Assembly (NCBI GenBank): GCA_001002135.1
Contig: LCLP01000001.1
Coordinates: forward strand, 230,274 to 294,273
Direction of reading: 5' to 3'
Source of the DNA: Candidatus Pacebacteria bacterium GW2011_GWA1_46_10
GTDB taxonomy: Bacteria > Patescibacteriota > Microgenomatia > UBA1400 > PJMF01
Length of the DNA stretch: 64,000 nucleotides
Shown here one piece after another: positions 1-9,550 of the stretch (positions within the stretch are counted from its first letter, which is position 1; each line of letters begins with the position of its first letter). The notes beneath the pieces were generated by a model. That model worked only from the letters and a program-made list of their open reading frames with translations, was not told where the DNA came from and did no database searches. The position numbers and the translations under genes were made by a program.

Positions 1-25
1 GGTTTTCCTGTCGGTCGGCCTATTT

Positions 26-3000
26 TTGAAAAATCTTCACCCTGGTCAATATTTATTAGGCTGGGACAGTACCACGCCGGAGCTTAATTTTAGCTTGAAT
101 TTTTCCCGGATTATTTTCGGTGTCTGGCAAGAGTACCGGGGCTTGGGGACCTTGGATGGGATGGCTCACACAGCCAATATCGTTCATTGGTTGGTGACGT
201 TTTTATTGAGTAAAGTTTTACCGGTCACCAGTGTCAGATACATCTTTCAGCTTTTCGCTCACTTTATCGGCGGGGTGGGGGCGTACTTCCTACTGCGAGA
301 CTGGATTACCCCGTACTTACATCAAAAAAAACGAGCACCGATCTTTCCACAACTATTGTCACTGTTGGGGAGCGCTTTTTATCTGCTCAATTTCTACACC
401 ATCCAAATGTTTTATTTACCCTTAGAACTGTTCTCGGTGCACTACGCCCTGTTTCCGTGGGGCTTATGGAGTTTGCTGCGGTACTTTCATTCTGGTCAGC
501 GATCAGCTCTCTTAGTGCTGCTGGGGATTAACGTGCTTGGTATTTCTCAAGCTCATGTACCGACTGTTGTGATTCCGTACGCGGTAGTGTTAGTGATTTT
601 CTCACTCCATTTTTTATTAACTGGCCAAAAAACGAAAGACTCGGTGTTTCGAGTGGTTTTAGCCGGTCTGATTGTTTTTGCGGCCAATGCACTCTGGGTC
701 TTACCATATTTGTATTCCGTCCCAACTAAGTCAGCCGAGATCAGTTGGTCTAAGCAAAATAGACTTGGTACGGCTGGCATTTTCTCCCGCAACTACGCCA
801 GGAGTGACCTGTACTCGGTCACGACCTTGGGTGGGTTTAACTTAGATTACAACGATTGGGATTTAGAAAGCAAAGAATTTGTTTCGGTCATGGCGCCTTG
901 GCAGGAGTGGTATCGCTCGCCGATGTACGTGGCGCTTGCTCTAATATTTTTTGGTTTGTCCGTGTGGGGAGTGGTGGCTGCTTTCCAGCTGGCCGCGCGG
1001 GAAAAAGAAACGGTGTGGTGGCCATATCTGCTGGCTTGGTTTGTTGCTTTGATGATGGTGGGGACCAAAATTCCGCTGATTGGGGCTGCGTCAGCGGCCT
1101 TACGCCATCAATTCCCGCTCTTTGGCCAAATTTTCCGCTTCACTTTTACTAAGTTTTCGATTTTTTATGTCCTTTTTCAAAGTCTATTTGTGGTGGTTGG
1201 CGCTTATTTCTTACTCCGCCTCCTCTCACGCCGGCGCTGGCTGTTGCCCAAGTGGTGGCTCCAACGTTTGGTGTTGGTGTTGCTGATTGTCGGCACTGTG
1301 GTTTTAGCGCGGCCAGCTTTTCAGGGTCACTTCTTTTATCGCTCATTGTTTGTGACGGTGCCTGAGGAATATTTTTCACTATTTGTGTATTTAGAAAACA
1401 ATTTACCGAGCGCCAGACTGGTGGATTTTCCAATTAATTCTCTGTGGGGGTGGTTAACCAATACCCGTGAATGGGGATACCGGGGTTCTGGTTTTACTTG
1501 GCAGGCAATCCGCCAACCGGTGGTGAATCGCTCGTTTGACCCATGGAGCAAAACCAATGAAACGCTTTTTCTCCAGCTCAATCACGCGCTTTACAGCCAA
1601 GACACCGAACGGTTTATGAATACCTTACGCAAATTTCATGCCAATTATCTATTGATGGACCGCTCTATTTTCCATCCCGGCAACTATGATGAAGCCTTGT
1701 TTTACCAAGAAACAGATGCCTTTTTTACCCAAATACCTGAAATAAGAGAAACACAGCGCTTTGGACAGTTAGCACTATATGGTGTAGCTGGGGTCGGCGG
1801 CAAAGAGCTGGTGGCGCCAGCTGTCGCCATCGGGGTTGCCAATTATCCGGCCAGTTACACAACCAAAGATGCCGTCTTTCATTTGTATGGGCCATATTTT
1901 GCTGACGGAGATGGACTAGAGTTTCCATTTGCTGATCTTCAGCAGGAGAACCTGAGTGAACCTCGGTTGGAAAATGAAAGTTTGATTTTATCGTTTGCTG
2001 GGAGTGGCAGACGTTTAAGCTTCCCCGCTTTTAGCGAAACTCAACCAGTGGTGTCGGCCGTGATTTCACAGCATAAAAACGCTCTGCCGTTAACTTTACC
2101 TAGGGTGACTTTGACCGTGGCGATGCAGGTGCCGGAGGTGCGTTTGCAATCAGGAGTAGTATCGGCTCGGCAGACTGCTTGGGATTTGAGTTTGCCCAAT
2201 CAAGGACGGGATTACTTTGTCAGTGTCAATAATTGGGTGACAAAGACTGGTTTGTTTGGGAGTGAATTGCCCACTAAGCAACATATTTCTTTGAGTACCC
2301 GCACGGATAATAGTTTATTGGCGTTTGATAGCGAAGTGACCACGGTTAGAGACATAACAGAAACCTATCGCCAGCAAGCAGGGGAAGCGTGCGTAGTTAA
2401 CAAAGGCCCGTTTACTAAGTTTGTCTCTTTGCCTATCCCGACGCCAACCTCAGTGGGACTGAGTGAGGCCGAGCCGGCTTTATTGGCGATGGTAGCAGAC
2501 TATCAAGTGTTGGGAGATGGTGTGGCCAATGTCTGTATCCGTGATCTAACAACTGGTTTGTGTATCAATGAAACTTTGGAAAGGCTGGCGAGTAGTCGTG
2601 AAGGGTGGCAAACTATTTCCACGGCAGTCCCATTGCAACCTGATGGCAGTTATGCGGTTGATTTATTGGGTTGTGAGTATCAAGCAGGCGCTTGGCAGCA
2701 ATTTACCTATGATGCGGTTTGGTTTCAGTATTATCCCTTTGCCGGTGAGCGAACAATTCCTACTCGAGCGGTGTTTCAACAATTTGATCAAGATTTAGCA
2801 AGGGTTTCGGATCGGGAAGTGTTTCAGACTGAAACGGTGATCTCGATTCCGCTTGGAAAAGAGGCAGAATTTGTCATTAACCATGACGGTCAAAAACAAC
2901 GGTTGGTTGATACGGCAACCAACTGTGCGGTGGGTGAAAAAGGTGGTATTGAGAAGCGCGTTTTGGCAGACGGGGTGGAGTATTTGGCCGCCGATGGAGC

Positions 3001-3667
3001 GGTGATCTGCGATATGTATTTGTTGCCGGAAATTGATGAATCACTGCAATATCTTTTTCATGCTGGCGGTGAGAATAGCACTGGCTCAGGTCTGAAACTA
3101 TTTTTACTAAACCCCTCCAACAAACGATTTGACTTGGAAACTGTCTCTGGGACTGGTCAGTTTGAGTGGTGGCAGACAGTCTACCCCACCACTAATCGTT
3201 ACTTCCCGGATGAAGGCTTTTTTACTCTTTCAGTGAATGGAGAGACGTTTGGTCGAGAGCAAAATCGCACGTTGTTGAAGACCGTGGAATTTTACCCATT
3301 ACCGCTTGATTGGCTGACACAAGTAATGACTGGTGATGTTGATCAAGCCACTCGTCATTTTGAGACAGTAATACTGTCACAGCGGCAATGGAACCCAACT
3401 TTTTATACAGTCAGAGTTAGGGTGCAGTCGGAACAAGGTTTGTTGGTCTTGCCGCAGTCGTTTGATAAGGGATGGGTGGCACTAACTGCTTTTCGTCAGC
3501 CGCAACATACCTTGTATAACGGTTGGGCAAACGCCTGGCTGCTACCATCAGGAGAATATCGGGTGGTGTTACTGTATTGGCCGCAGCTTCTTAGTTTCTT
3601 GGGCTATGGGTTGTTGATCGGCGCTGCTGTTTGGCTTTTAAAGCAGCGTTTCTCAATGTTACATTAA
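26..3667 (+). CDS. Large polytopic membrane protein with GT-C/YfhO-like architecture: N-terminal multi-TM block, large extracytoplasmic domain and one C-terminal TM helix. It may extend upstream of the window.
   Basis: 1213-aa ORF. N-terminal 450 aa are strongly hydrophobic with many predicted TM helices, and the C-terminal segment LLSFLGYGLLIGAAVWLL is hydrophobic. The reading frame is open all the way to position 2. Confidence 0.4.
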   Translation: MKNLHPGQYLLGWDSTTPELNFSLNFSRIIFGVWQEYRGLGTLDGMAHTANIVHWLVTFLLSKVLPVTSVRYIFQLFAHFIGGVGAYFLLRDWITPYLHQKKRAPIFPQLLSLLGSAFYLLNFYTIQMFYLPLELFSVHYALFPWGLWSLLRYFHSGQRSALLVLLGINVLGISQAHVPTVVIPYAVVLVIFSLHFLLTGQKTKDSVFRVVLAGLIVFAANALWVLPYLYSVPTKSAEISWSKQNRLGTAGIFSRNYARSDLYSVTTLGGFNLDYNDWDLESKEFVSVMAPWQEWYRSPMYVALALIFFGLSVWGVVAAFQLAAREKETVWWPYLLAWFVALMMVGTKIPLIGAASAALRHQFPLFGQIFRFTFTKFSIFYVLFQSLFVVVGAYFLLRLLSRRRWLLPKWWLQRLVLVLLIVGTVVLARPAFQGHFFYRSLFVTVPEEYFSLFVYLENNLPSARLVDFPINSLWGWLTNTREWGYRGSGFTWQAIRQPVVNRSFDPWSKTNETLFLQLNHALYSQDTERFMNTLRKFHANYLLMDRSIFHPGNYDEALFYQETDAFFTQIPEIRETQRFGQLALYGVAGVGGKELVAPAVAIGVANYPASYTTKDAVFHLYGPYFADGDGLEFPFADLQQENLSEPRLENESLILSFAGSGRRLSFPAFSETQPVVSAVISQHKNALPLTLPRVTLTVAMQVPEVRLQSGVVSARQTAWDLSLPNQGRDYFVSVNNWVTKTGLFGSELPTKQHISLSTRTDNSLLAFDSEVTTVRDITETYRQQAGEACVVNKGPFTKFVSLPIPTPTSVGLSEAEPALLAMVADYQVLGDGVANVCIRDLTTGLCINETLERLASSREGWQTISTAVPLQPDGSYAVDLLGCEYQAGAWQQFTYDAVWFQYYPFAGERTIPTRAVFQQFDQDLARVSDREVFQTETVISIPLGKEAEFVINHDGQKQRLVDTATNCAVGEKGGIEKRVLADGVEYLAADGAVICDMYLLPEIDESLQYLFHAGGENSTGSGLKLFLLNPSNKRFDLETVSGTGQFEWWQTVYPTTNRYFPDEGFFTLSVNGETFGREQNRTLLKTVEFYPLPLDWLTQVMTGDVDQATRHFETVILSQRQWNPTFYTVRVRVQSEQGLLVLPQSFDKGWVALTAFRQPQHTLYNGWANAWLLPSGEYRVVLLYWPQLLSFLGYGLLIGAAVWLLKQRFSMLH

Positions 3668-3696
3668 CTGTTGGTTTTGGTCGTTGTAATGAAAGA

Positions 3697-5421
3697 GTGA
3701 AATATTTTACTCTCTTTTTGTTTTTCATTACCGCTTGGTTGACTTTTCCATCCCAAACCCAAGCCGCCACGGTGGAAAATTGGGTGATAAAGGGGAGTCA
3801 AAACGAACTTTGGACTCAGGCTATCGATGAGGTGACTGGCTACTCACAGCACTATTTTACTGAGTCATTTTTTGTGGCTGATCCAGTCTCTTTCATCGTG
3901 CCGGAGAACTTTGTTTTTCGTTTTAAACTGACTCCGATTCAGGGAGTGGATCACAACTTTGTCTGGAATTTTCAGGATACGGAGAATTATTACCAGGCGC
4001 ATTTCAACGGCGGGGCAGTCTGGGTCAGTCGATTTATCGATGGTGAGGAGATGTTGTCGGTAGGCAAGAACTTTATTACTTCTCTTGGTCAAACCTATGA
4101 AATACAGCTCAAGCAAGTCGGCAATCGCTTAACTCTAGTGATTGATGATCAGGCAATCGTCGCCTTTGATGATCTGACTCACAACGAGCAGAGTGAGGGT
4201 TTGGTTGGGTTCAAGCTCTCGCCGGGCGCGGTCATTCCGGTGGAAACAAAGTATGAGCACATCATGGCGTATGACGCTGCCGTGACGCTGTTGCCGGTTA
4301 GTTTATTGCAGCAAAACGATGAGCAGTGGGGGGAGATCGAATATGATACCGCCAGTCAGTGGAGTGACTGGGAGGCACCAACGATCAGCCGCTGGGGTTG
4401 TGCGCTGACTTCGTTGACCATGATTATGCGCTATCATGGTTTGACCACTATGCCGGATGGTCAGCCGGTTGATCCAGCGACCGTCAACCAATGGTTGTTG
4501 GATGAGGAAGATGGCTACGTGGGCCAGGGTTTAGTCAACTGGTTTGCGGCCACGCGCCTCATCCGTCAAATCAGTGAGCGGTACTCCGTGCCGGGCAGTC
4601 AGTTGCCGAAGCTGGAGTTTTCCTACCAAGGCTTGCCGTGGCTTGAAGTTGGTAAAAACGAGCTTTTGACGGGGCGGCCGTTGATTGCCCAAGTGCCAGG
4701 TCACTTTACTGTGGTGAACGGGTACGACGAACACAATAATGAATTTTTGATCAGTGATCCGTTGTATTCGTACCAATACTTGAGTCAACACCCAGCCACC
4801 CTGTCATTGCGACTTTTTCGACCCAGCCAAACAGATTTGAGCGCTTTGGTAGCCGTCCACCGTCCAGAGGTAGTAGTTGAGATCCTTAATGAATCAGGAG
4901 TGGTTGTTTCCCAAACCTGGCGGGAGGAGATTGTTGATTCGGTGAGCGGTGAATCAACTGAAGTTTGGCAATTTACAGTGGTCAATCAACCTGCCGCTGG
5001 GCGGTATCAGGTTAATGTTGTTGGGGCCAAAGAAGAAGGGGACGTGCTGATTTTTACCTATGACCAGTTAGCTAATGTTGAAACCTATCTACCTTTAAAA
5101 AGTGAATATATCAATTTTGAGATACTTTCTTTTTACCTAGCTTTTAATAAGGAAACTGGTGGTGAGATCCAACCGCTTGATTTAACAGAGCCAGCTGTTT
5201 TTAGTTGGGGAAATTTTCTGGCCAGGCTCAATCAATTGAAAAACGACCAACTGATCAACCAGTCAATTTATGAACGCCTGAATGCCTTGGCCAATTTAGC
5301 AGCCCAGGCGGATGAAACCACTTGGCCGAGGTATAAGCATTATCTAATTAATTTATTAGAGTTTTATAGTACTGAGATGGCGGGAAAAACAAGAAATGAC
5401 TTAAAAGAAATTTTAAAATGA
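3697..5421 (+). CDS. Secreted protein with a C39-like (papain-fold) cysteine peptidase domain
   Basis: GTG start at 3697 gives a classic signal peptide, MKYFTLFLFFITAWLTFPSQTQA. Cys motif WGCALTSLTMIM and His motif GHFTVVNGYDEHNNEFLISDP match C39-like peptidases. The longer TTG-started ORF at 3631 overlaps the upstream gene. Confidence 0.5.
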   Translation: MKYFTLFLFFITAWLTFPSQTQAATVENWVIKGSQNELWTQAIDEVTGYSQHYFTESFFVADPVSFIVPENFVFRFKLTPIQGVDHNFVWNFQDTENYYQAHFNGGAVWVSRFIDGEEMLSVGKNFITSLGQTYEIQLKQVGNRLTLVIDDQAIVAFDDLTHNEQSEGLVGFKLSPGAVIPVETKYEHIMAYDAAVTLLPVSLLQQNDEQWGEIEYDTASQWSDWEAPTISRWGCALTSLTMIMRYHGLTTMPDGQPVDPATVNQWLLDEEDGYVGQGLVNWFAATRLIRQISERYSVPGSQLPKLEFSYQGLPWLEVGKNELLTGRPLIAQVPGHFTVVNGYDEHNNEFLISDPLYSYQYLSQHPATLSLRLFRPSQTDLSALVAVHRPEVVVEILNESGVVVSQTWREEIVDSVSGESTEVWQFTVVNQPAAGRYQVNVVGAKEEGDVLIFTYDQLANVETYLPLKSEYINFEILSFYLAFNKETGGEIQPLDLTEPAVFSWGNFLARLNQLKNDQLINQSIYERLNALANLAAQADETTWPRYKHYLINLLEFYSTEMAGKTRNDLKEILK

Positions 5422-5428
5422 AAAATAA

Positions 5429-6286
5429 TTATTTTTTCGCTGGTAAGTTATTAATTCTGGCCCAGTCTTTTTTACCGAGGCCTTTTTTAACCGCTCGTTG
5501 ATATTGTTTTAGTACAGCTTCCAATAAGGGCAAATCGAGGTTTTTTGTAGATTGCTTAGCGTAAGTGAGATCTTTAGTAATCCACTCGATAGAAAAATTA
5601 ATAGGATTAGGTTCCGATTGATAATCTTGCCAAGCTAAGGCGGTGATGACTCCTCCTGGCCTGTCAATTAATGCCTCGCTGACTCTTTTTAGATTCATTT
5701 TGGCAGCCTGGGCTGTTCTAATGGCTTCACCAAAACCGACCATGTGAACGGCTTGCAGTGCGTTAAGAATTAATTTGTAGCGAATGCCATGGCCAGCAGG
5801 CCCGAAGTAAAAAACTTTGGCTGCTATGGCTTTTAGATCTGGTTTAATTTTGTCAAGCAATTTTTCATCACCACCAACTAGTAAAACTAGCTGGCCAGTT
5901 TCTGCGCCAACTCTACCACCAGTCATTGGCATGTCAAGAAATTGAAGTTCTCTTTTTTGACATTCTTGAATGAGTCTATCGATCCATTCAACGGAGAGAG
6001 TGGCATTTGCGATTAAAACAGTTTTTTTATTCGCTCCGGCTAAAATACCATTTTTTTCTAGCCAAACCTGTCGGGAAGATTGATCATGAGCAGTAACTTC
6101 AAAGACAATGTCTGCTCGTTCTGCTACTTCTCTGGGATTGCCTAAAGCAATGGCTCCCTTTTTTTGAAATCTTTCTCGTTGAGCAAGGGAACGGTTCCAA
6201 ACATACACGGTATAACCATTTTTAAGAAAATTATTGGCAATGCCGCTGCCCATAATACCTAAACCAACAATACCGATTGTTTTCAT
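5429..6286 (-). CDS. NAD(P)-dependent oxidoreductase (3-hydroxyisobutyrate/6-phosphogluconate dehydrogenase NAD-binding family)
   Basis: N-terminal Rossmann motif IGIVGLGIMGSGIANNFLKNGYTVYVWNRS. Length 285 aa is typical. Its start overlaps the stop of the upstream gene, indicating an operon. Confidence 0.7.
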   Translation of the reverse strand: MKTIGIVGLGIMGSGIANNFLKNGYTVYVWNRSLAQRERFQKKGAIALGNPREVAERADIVFEVTAHDQSSRQVWLEKNGILAGANKKTVLIANATLSVEWIDRLIQECQKRELQFLDMPMTGGRVGAETGQLVLLVGGDEKLLDKIKPDLKAIAAKVFYFGPAGHGIRYKLILNALQAVHMVGFGEAIRTAQAAKMNLKRVSEALIDRPGGVITALAWQDYQSEPNPINFSIEWITKDLTYAKQSTKNLDLPLLEAVLKQYQRAVKKGLGKKDWARINNLPAKK

Positions 6287-6906
6287 TATTTTCTCTGTTC
6301 AAGTAATTCTCTTAAAGTGGCGCTATCCGCATCACGCCGGCTGAGGATCATTTTCTCCCGCTCGATGGGCCACTGGATGTTCAGTTCTGGGTCAAACAGC
6401 GACAGTGCTTTGTCACCAGCCGGATCGCGCTCGTCGTAAAACGTGTCCACGGCGTAGTGATACAGTAGTGGGCCTTTGATCACCGCGATCGAGTTAGCGA
6501 CCCCCATCGGCACGTACAAGCTGACGTGAAATTCATCCGCCGGCTGTGGCTCGAACAAAAAGTATTCGACTTGTTTGAAGCTGGGGGAATCTGGACGAAT
6601 GTCCACCAGTGCTGACATCCCCTGACCAAACAGGACTGTCGTCAATTTATTCCACCCTTCGGCGTGCAGTCCTCGAACAACATTATTATTGGAATAGGCC
6701 AAATTGATTTGCTTGATCTCGATCCGTTTGCCGATCGCTTTTTCTAAAGCTTTCAAGTTTGTGATATTGGTGAAATAGCCGCGATCATCCAAGAATTTCT
6801 GGTGCTTGAAATACAGCAAGTCCTTGATCTTGGTACGAAAAACTCCAGGCGCCACTGCTTGATCAGCGGCGGGTTGATACATTGGTGGGAGATTCATAAT
6901 TTTCAA
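6286..6906 (-). CDS. dTDP-4-dehydrorhamnose 3,5-epimerase-like cupin (RmlC family)
   Basis: About 200 aa with an RGLH motif (VRGLHAEGW) and cupin-like hydrophobic pattern. Translationally coupled to the downstream oxidoreductase. Confidence 0.5.
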   Translation of the reverse strand: MKIMNLPPMYQPAADQAVAPGVFRTKIKDLLYFKHQKFLDDRGYFTNITNLKALEKAIGKRIEIKQINLAYSNNNVVRGLHAEGWNKLTTVLFGQGMSALVDIRPDSPSFKQVEYFLFEPQPADEFHVSLYVPMGVANSIAVIKGPLLYHYAVDTFYDERDPAGDKALSLFDPELNIQWPIEREKMILSRRDADSATLRELLEQRK

Positions 6907-6942
6907 TTATAGCGGAAGTGACATTATTGGCTAGTTCGCAAG

Positions 6943-6972
6943 TAAAAAGCAAAAGGCCCGCTTACGCGGGCC
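6943..6972 (-). terminator. Rho-independent terminator for the 6980..7336 gene
   Basis: GGCCCGC-TTAC-GCGGGCC hairpin. On the minus strand it is followed by a T-run (plus strand aaaagcaaaa precedes it). Confidence 0.6.
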
Positions 6973-6979
6973 TTGAGCC

Positions 6980-7336
6980 TTAACCTTCTTTTTCAAGAAT
7001 GTGATACCGCTTATACATCTCCTCCACTTGCCCGAGTATCAAATCTTTTGGCAAGTGTTCACCTGCCAGTGCCCTGAGGAGCCCAAGCATGTTAAACTCA
7101 GCGAGGTCATTCTCCTCAAGAGATGGCCTGCAAGGGATCAGCCATTCTGTCCAGCCTCGACTGTTGGCGATTTCTACAATAACTCTATCAATCGCCGGCA
7201 CGACAGTGATTAGAATGGAACGGGAAGTGCTAGAGATTTCTCGGAGGTATCCTTTATAGATACCTCTTTGCCTCTGTCGAGCCCTCTGATATTGAGGGTT
7301 CACGAGGATTTCTTGAACCTCCTTAGTCTTCCACAT
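6980..7336 (-). CDS. Hypothetical protein
   Basis: 118-aa ORF with a terminator directly downstream. No recognisable motif. Confidence 0.4.
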   Translation of the reverse strand: MWKTKEVQEILVNPQYQRARQRQRGIYKGYLREISSTSRSILITVVPAIDRVIVEIANSRGWTEWLIPCRPSLEENDLAEFNMLGLLRALAGEHLPKDLILGQVEEMYKRYHILEKEG

Positions 7337-7372
7337 GTTAAGGCTCTCCTTTCCCTGTTAGGGAAAAATCTA

Positions 7373-7419
7373 CTCGTTATATTCCAGTCAAGAGCGATTC
7401 TTGACCTTGATATAACGAG
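7373..7419. promoter_or_regulatory. Nested inverted repeat in a divergent intergenic region; candidate operator
   Basis: Outer arms ctcgttatat / atataacgag enclose an inner palindrome tcaaga-gcgat-tcttga. It lies between divergently oriented gene starts. Confidence 0.4.
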
Positions 7420-7495
7420 GCAAAAATTATATCAAAATGCATAAATAAGTCAATATTATAGGATATTTTCCTCTGGTCAAATTTCGCCTTGAGAT

Positions 7496-8728
7496 ATGTT
7501 ACAATTCACCCCTAAAGCTATGGTCAAACTTTATCAACCGTCACCAAAAACCCTCACCAAATACGCCGACGTCTTGGTCAACTTTGCCCTCAATTCCGGT
7601 CAAGGGGTGAAAAAGGGTGAGGTGGTGCGGATCGTGGTGCCGGACATCGCCAAACCCCTAGCACTTGAGCTGCAAAACACCGTGCTTCGTGCCAGCGCCC
7701 ACCCGGTACTGCGGCTTTTACCGACTGGTTTTGACCAGGATTACTACACCCTGGCCAACAAAAAACAGTTGGAGTTTTTTCCGCGCCAATACCACAAAGT
7801 TCAAGTAGACCTGATTGATCACACCATTGGCATTATTGCTGACCCGTACCCAGCAGAGCTGGCTCAGGTTGATCCACGTAAAATTCTCTTGGCTCGCGAC
7901 TCCAAAAAAGCCATCCGCGACTGGCTGGATAAGAAAGAAAATAAAGGCAAGTACACCTGGACGACCGCCCTGTGGGGTGTGGAGGCTAAAGCAGCAGAAG
8001 TTGGTTTGAGCTTGGAAGCCTATTGGCAGCAGATCATCAAGGCTTGTTTTTTGGATAAAGCCAAACCGGTCCATCAGTGGCGGCAAGTGCTAAAACTGCA
8101 AGAGAGCATCAAGGCCAAGTTAAATGCCTTGCAGATTGATTGGTTACTTATCAAAGGCAAGGATGTTGATCTGCGGATTAATCTTGGCAAGAAGCGCCAA
8201 TGGCGCGGCGGCGAAGGGCGCAACATCCCGAGCTTTGAGATCTTTACCTCACCCGATTGGCGGGGGACGGAAGGTTGGATTAAGTTTAATCAACCACTCT
8301 ATCGGTATGGTAACATTATTCGTGATATTTCCATGCGCTTTGAGCGCGGACACGTGGTGGAGGCTAAGGCCAAGGTTGGCAATCAATTTTTACAAGAAAT
8401 GGTTCGGCGCCACAACGCTGACAAGCTGGGCGAGGTGTCGCTGACCGATAAACGCACTTCTCGGATTTCCCATGTGATGGCCGAGACGCTGTTTGACGAG
8501 AACATCGGCGGCCCCTATGGCAACACTCATGTCGCGATCGGCAAAGCCTACCGCGATTGTTACTTGGAAGACCCCAGTAAGCTGAGCGACGCTGAGTGGC
8601 AGGAGCTTGGCTATAATGATTCAGCTGAACATACCGATATGGTCTCGACGACTGATCGGACGGTGACCGCAATCATGGTCGACAGGACCAAGAAAATCAT
8701 TTATCAAAACGGGATGTTTGTGGTCTAG
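7496..8728 (+). CDS. Aminopeptidase, M29 family (AmpS/PepS-like)
   Basis: 410 aa, the typical length. Segments such as LRINLGKKRQWRGGEGRNIPSFEIFTSPDW and NTHVAIG resemble thermophilic aminopeptidase T/PepS. Confidence 0.55.
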   Translation: MLQFTPKAMVKLYQPSPKTLTKYADVLVNFALNSGQGVKKGEVVRIVVPDIAKPLALELQNTVLRASAHPVLRLLPTGFDQDYYTLANKKQLEFFPRQYHKVQVDLIDHTIGIIADPYPAELAQVDPRKILLARDSKKAIRDWLDKKENKGKYTWTTALWGVEAKAAEVGLSLEAYWQQIIKACFLDKAKPVHQWRQVLKLQESIKAKLNALQIDWLLIKGKDVDLRINLGKKRQWRGGEGRNIPSFEIFTSPDWRGTEGWIKFNQPLYRYGNIIRDISMRFERGHVVEAKAKVGNQFLQEMVRRHNADKLGEVSLTDKRTSRISHVMAETLFDENIGGPYGNTHVAIGKAYRDCYLEDPSKLSDAEWQELGYNDSAEHTDMVSTTDRTVTAIMVDRTKKIIYQNGMFVV

Positions 8729-8746
8729 TGATGGCAGAGAGAATTC

Positions 8747-9523
8747 GTGATCATTTCCTCACCCCAACAACTCCGGCAATACCAGGCGGTGGCCAAAGTC
8801 TCGACCGAGATCTTGTGGCAGCTGCACCAGAAAACCCGTGCTGGGATAACTCCACTGGAGATTGACCGATTGGCCGACAAACTCTGTCGGCAGCACCAAG
8901 TCAAACCAAACTTCAAAGGAGTTGGTTCGCCGGACAATCCGTACCAGCATGCCACCTGTATTTCGGTCAACGACGTGGTGGTGCATGGTATTCCACAAGA
9001 TGTACCACTCAAAGAGGGAGACTTGGTCAAGGTTGATTTTGGGATCGAGCAAGATGGTTGGCAGACAGATCATTGTTTTACGGTGGGCGTTGGCACATTA
9101 ACTGATGAAGAACGGACACTGTTAAGGGTTGGTCGAGCTGCGGTGCTCAAAGCTGCCCGTGGCGCCAAGGTTGGCAAGACAGTGGGTGATCTTGGACACC
9201 TGATGGAGTCAACCGCGGGGAAATATGATTTCTCGGTCACGGAGCAGTATGTCGGGCATGGGATTGGTCACTTGCTACACGAAGAGCCACAAATTCCCGC
9301 TTGGGGGGAACCGAAGACTGGGATGAAATTGACTGAGGGGATGGTGTTGTGTGTGGAGGCGCAAGTGATTGCTGGTAACAGTGATGTCTATACGGCTGCT
9401 GATGGTTGGTCAGTGAAGACCCGTGATGGGAGTAAGGCGGTGATGTTTGAATACATGGTGGTGGTGGGGAAAAAACAGCCGATTTTCTTGACGCCGACCA
9501 CTGCTTGGCCACTGACTGTCTAA
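8747..9523 (+). CDS. map: Methionine aminopeptidase type I
   Basis: Canonical MetAP-I blocks: VCISVNDVVVHGIP, DLVKVDFG, GWQTDHCFTVGVG, HGIGHLLHEEPQIP, GMVLCVE. Confidence 0.9.
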   Translation: MIISSPQQLRQYQAVAKVSTEILWQLHQKTRAGITPLEIDRLADKLCRQHQVKPNFKGVGSPDNPYQHATCISVNDVVVHGIPQDVPLKEGDLVKVDFGIEQDGWQTDHCFTVGVGTLTDEERTLLRVGRAAVLKAARGAKVGKTVGDLGHLMESTAGKYDFSVTEQYVGHGIGHLLHEEPQIPAWGEPKTGMKLTEGMVLCVEAQVIAGNSDVYTAADGWSVKTRDGSKAVMFEYMVVVGKKQPIFLTPTTAWPLTV

Positions 9524-9550
9524 TATTCACCCTCTTTTCTTCTTGGGAAA

